Source: a virus (Duplodnaviria > Caudoviricetes). From it: a stretch of DNA of 64,000 nucleotides. Made by a program: the position numbers and the translations under genes. The notes under the pieces are model-generated. The model was not told the origin of the DNA and did no database searches. It worked only from the letters and a program-made list of their open reading frames with translations. The DNA is taken from the IMG/VR virus record IMGVR_UViG_3300010352_001202; one strand, 5' to 3'. Every line of letters begins with the position of its first letter. The first letter of the stretch is position 1. Below are positions 62,569-64,000 of the stretch, one piece after another.

Positions 62569-62997
62569 TTGCCAAAAAGTAAAGGAATAAGAGAATCATA
62601 TCGATTTGCTCGGGAGGCCGCTCGTATCGCGGGAAATAAATTCTATATCGGTCAAATCTGTAAGAAACATCCGGAATTGTTAGGCCAACGGCAGGTTAAT
62701 AATTGTATCTGTATTGAGTGTAGAAAAGAATATTCAAGACTGCAAAGTACTGGATTTTCGGTAGAATTATTTAATTTGGTATTAAAGCAACAAGAAAATA
62801 GTTGTGCTATATGCAGAGATAAATTTGATAATACTGATGCACACGCAGACCATAATCATGTAACTAAGCAACCACGCGGAATACTGTGCCGAAAATGTAA
62901 TTTAATGATAGGGTTTGCACGAGATAATCCGGAAATTTTACAAAATGCTATAGAATATCTTGCTAAACCAGACCTAATTTTTGGTTGTGATAAATAA
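62569..62997 (+). CDS. Endonuclease VII-like HNH nuclease
   Basis: QENSCAIC..HADHNHVTKQPRGILCRKCNLMIG..DN. Confidence 0.85.
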   Translation: MPKSKGIRESYRFAREAARIAGNKFYIGQICKKHPELLGQRQVNNCICIECRKEYSRLQSTGFSVELFNLVLKQQENSCAICRDKFDNTDAHADHNHVTKQPRGILCRKCNLMIGFARDNPEILQNAIEYLAKPDLIFGCDK

Positions 62998-63029
62998 AAA
63001 TATATATTATAGTTTTAGTTATTGTTGTA

Positions 63030-63350
63030 ATACGGACTGATTCAAAGGATTCAAGACGCGGGTTCGATTCCCGCCGGCTCCACCATTAAGCACATTTGCC
63101 GAATGTTCTTAATAATGGGGCCGACCAGGTTTCGATTGGGTCGCGGAGAGGATGATACGCAACACGCCAGGCGATCGGCGTTAATGAAGCAAAACTCTGT
63201 AAATGCAAACGCAAATACATTCGAGACAGTAGCCCTTGACCTTTCAGCTCTTGCTGACAGCGATATGGCTCTTGCTGCTTAATACCCAGCATACTCCGGG
63301 GCTGGTTAGCCTTGTAACCCAATAACCTTATAGGGACTTCGGTCCCTATA
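63030..63350 (+). ncRNA. ssrA: Two-piece (circularly permuted) tmRNA
   Basis: Acceptor piece ends GACGCGGGTTCGATTCCCGCCGGCTCCACCA (63085); hairpin spacer; coding piece starts GGGGCCGA (63117); tag ANANTFETVALDLSALADSDMALAA* (63205-63282). Confidence 0.92.
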
Positions 63351-63371
63351 ATTATGACTTTTATTTCAAGG

Positions 63372-63400
63372 TTGACATTTCAAGAATAATGTCATATACT
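63372..63400 (+). promoter_or_regulatory. Sigma70-type promoter for the OMP gene
   Basis: TTGACA-17 nt-TATACT. Confidence 0.8.
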
Positions 63401-63460
63401 AGATAAACTTTATAAATAAAAGTTCCGCTCAAGATGGGCGGATTACAAGAGGAAAATAAT

Positions 63461-63901
63461 ATGAAGAAATTAGCAATTATTGCGATCTTAGCAGCCGTGA
63501 CAGGTGTTGCTTCCGCTGCCGATGTTGGCTTGCATATTGGTCGTGGCGCTGGTGCAAACGGTGCCGGTGTTGTTGTTGGCCAAAACTTTGGTAAGCTTGG
63601 CGTAGAAGCCGCATTTGACCGTACTGTTGACGGAACAGTGAATGTTAACCGTTATAGCGTAGTCGGTTCGTATCCTGTGGCCACATTTGCAAATGTTACA
63701 TTTGCAGCTAAGGCTGGCGCAGCATTTACAGACCCGGCAGTCGGTGTAAACGGATATTCAGCAGTGGTAGGAGTAGGTGTATCCTATCCTGTAACCAAGA
63801 CTGTTAGCCTGGTTGCCGATTATGCTTATCAGCGCGGACAAGATCGCGTTAGTTTTGCAGACGGTAATTATGTTAGCGCAGGACTGAAATATTCATTCTA
63901 A
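63461..63901 (+). CDS. Small outer-membrane beta-barrel protein (OmpA/Ail/Lom-like)
   Basis: Signal peptide MKKLAII..ASA, alternating beta strands, C-terminal GLKYSF BAM signal. Confidence 0.85.
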   Translation: MKKLAIIAILAAVTGVASAADVGLHIGRGAGANGAGVVVGQNFGKLGVEAAFDRTVDGTVNVNRYSVVGSYPVATFANVTFAAKAGAAFTDPAVGVNGYSAVVGVGVSYPVTKTVSLVADYAYQRGQDRVSFADGNYVSAGLKYSF

Positions 63902-63917
63902 TTTTTGAATGAATTAC

Positions 63918-63940
63918 AAAGGGCCGCAAGGCCCTTTTCT
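63918..63940 (+). terminator. Intrinsic terminator
   Basis: AAAGGGCC-GCAA-GGCCCTTTT. Confidence 0.85.
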
Positions 63941-64000
63941 GCTGAGTACAGTCTCACAACGAGATAAATACTTTTGTCACACAATGTGACGCCTAACTGA

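Noticed and set aside
1-64000. Genome-wide stop-codon reassignment (code 4 or 15)
   Set aside because: Long conserved genes are intact in code 11 and end at TGA (portal, gp23), TAA and TAG; in-frame stops are isolated cases.
1-64000. CRISPR array or diversity-generating retroelement
   Set aside because: No regularly spaced identical repeats, cas genes, reverse transcriptase or adenine-only variant repeat pair seen.

Overview
A 64-kb segment of a T4-related jumbo (myo)phage, probably infecting a Gram-negative proteobacterium (spanins, outer-membrane beta-barrel, sigma70 promoters, two-piece tmRNA). 1-4.7 kb: head module (portal 3' end, protease gp21, scaffold gp22, capsid gp23). 5.5-34.2 kb: modular tail-fibre/virion genes, neck (gp14-like) and tail-terminator (gp15-like) genes, Nudix hydrolase and homing endonucleases. 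34.2-50 kb: a large RNA operon with about 32 canonical tRNAs covering all 20 amino acids, about 10 atypical tRNA-like RNAs, several unidentified structured RNAs and nucleases. 50-60.6 kb: a duplicated radical SAM / ATP-pyrophosphatase / GNAT / oxygenase cluster and spanins. 60.8-63.9 kb: RNase P RNA (one compact copy, one broken copy), a release factor, two-piece tmRNA and an OMP. The most notable signals, none visible in the ORF track: (1) eight copies of a covarying stem + CAGCAA RNA module carrying tRNA parts: bare anticodon stem-loops (UUU, GUA, UUC, CAU-like), an intron-like insert in a tRNA-Val, and a circularly permuted tRNA with a UCA (UGA-reading) anticodon; (2) a 49-codon leader ORF containing all 20 amino acids, overlapping an antiterminator/terminator pair in front of the tRNA operon; (3) an RF1-type release factor gene with an in-frame UGA at a conserved Trp position. 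Together they suggest a phage system that senses and repairs translation failure. That interpretation is inference. All calls were made by eye; no database search was run.
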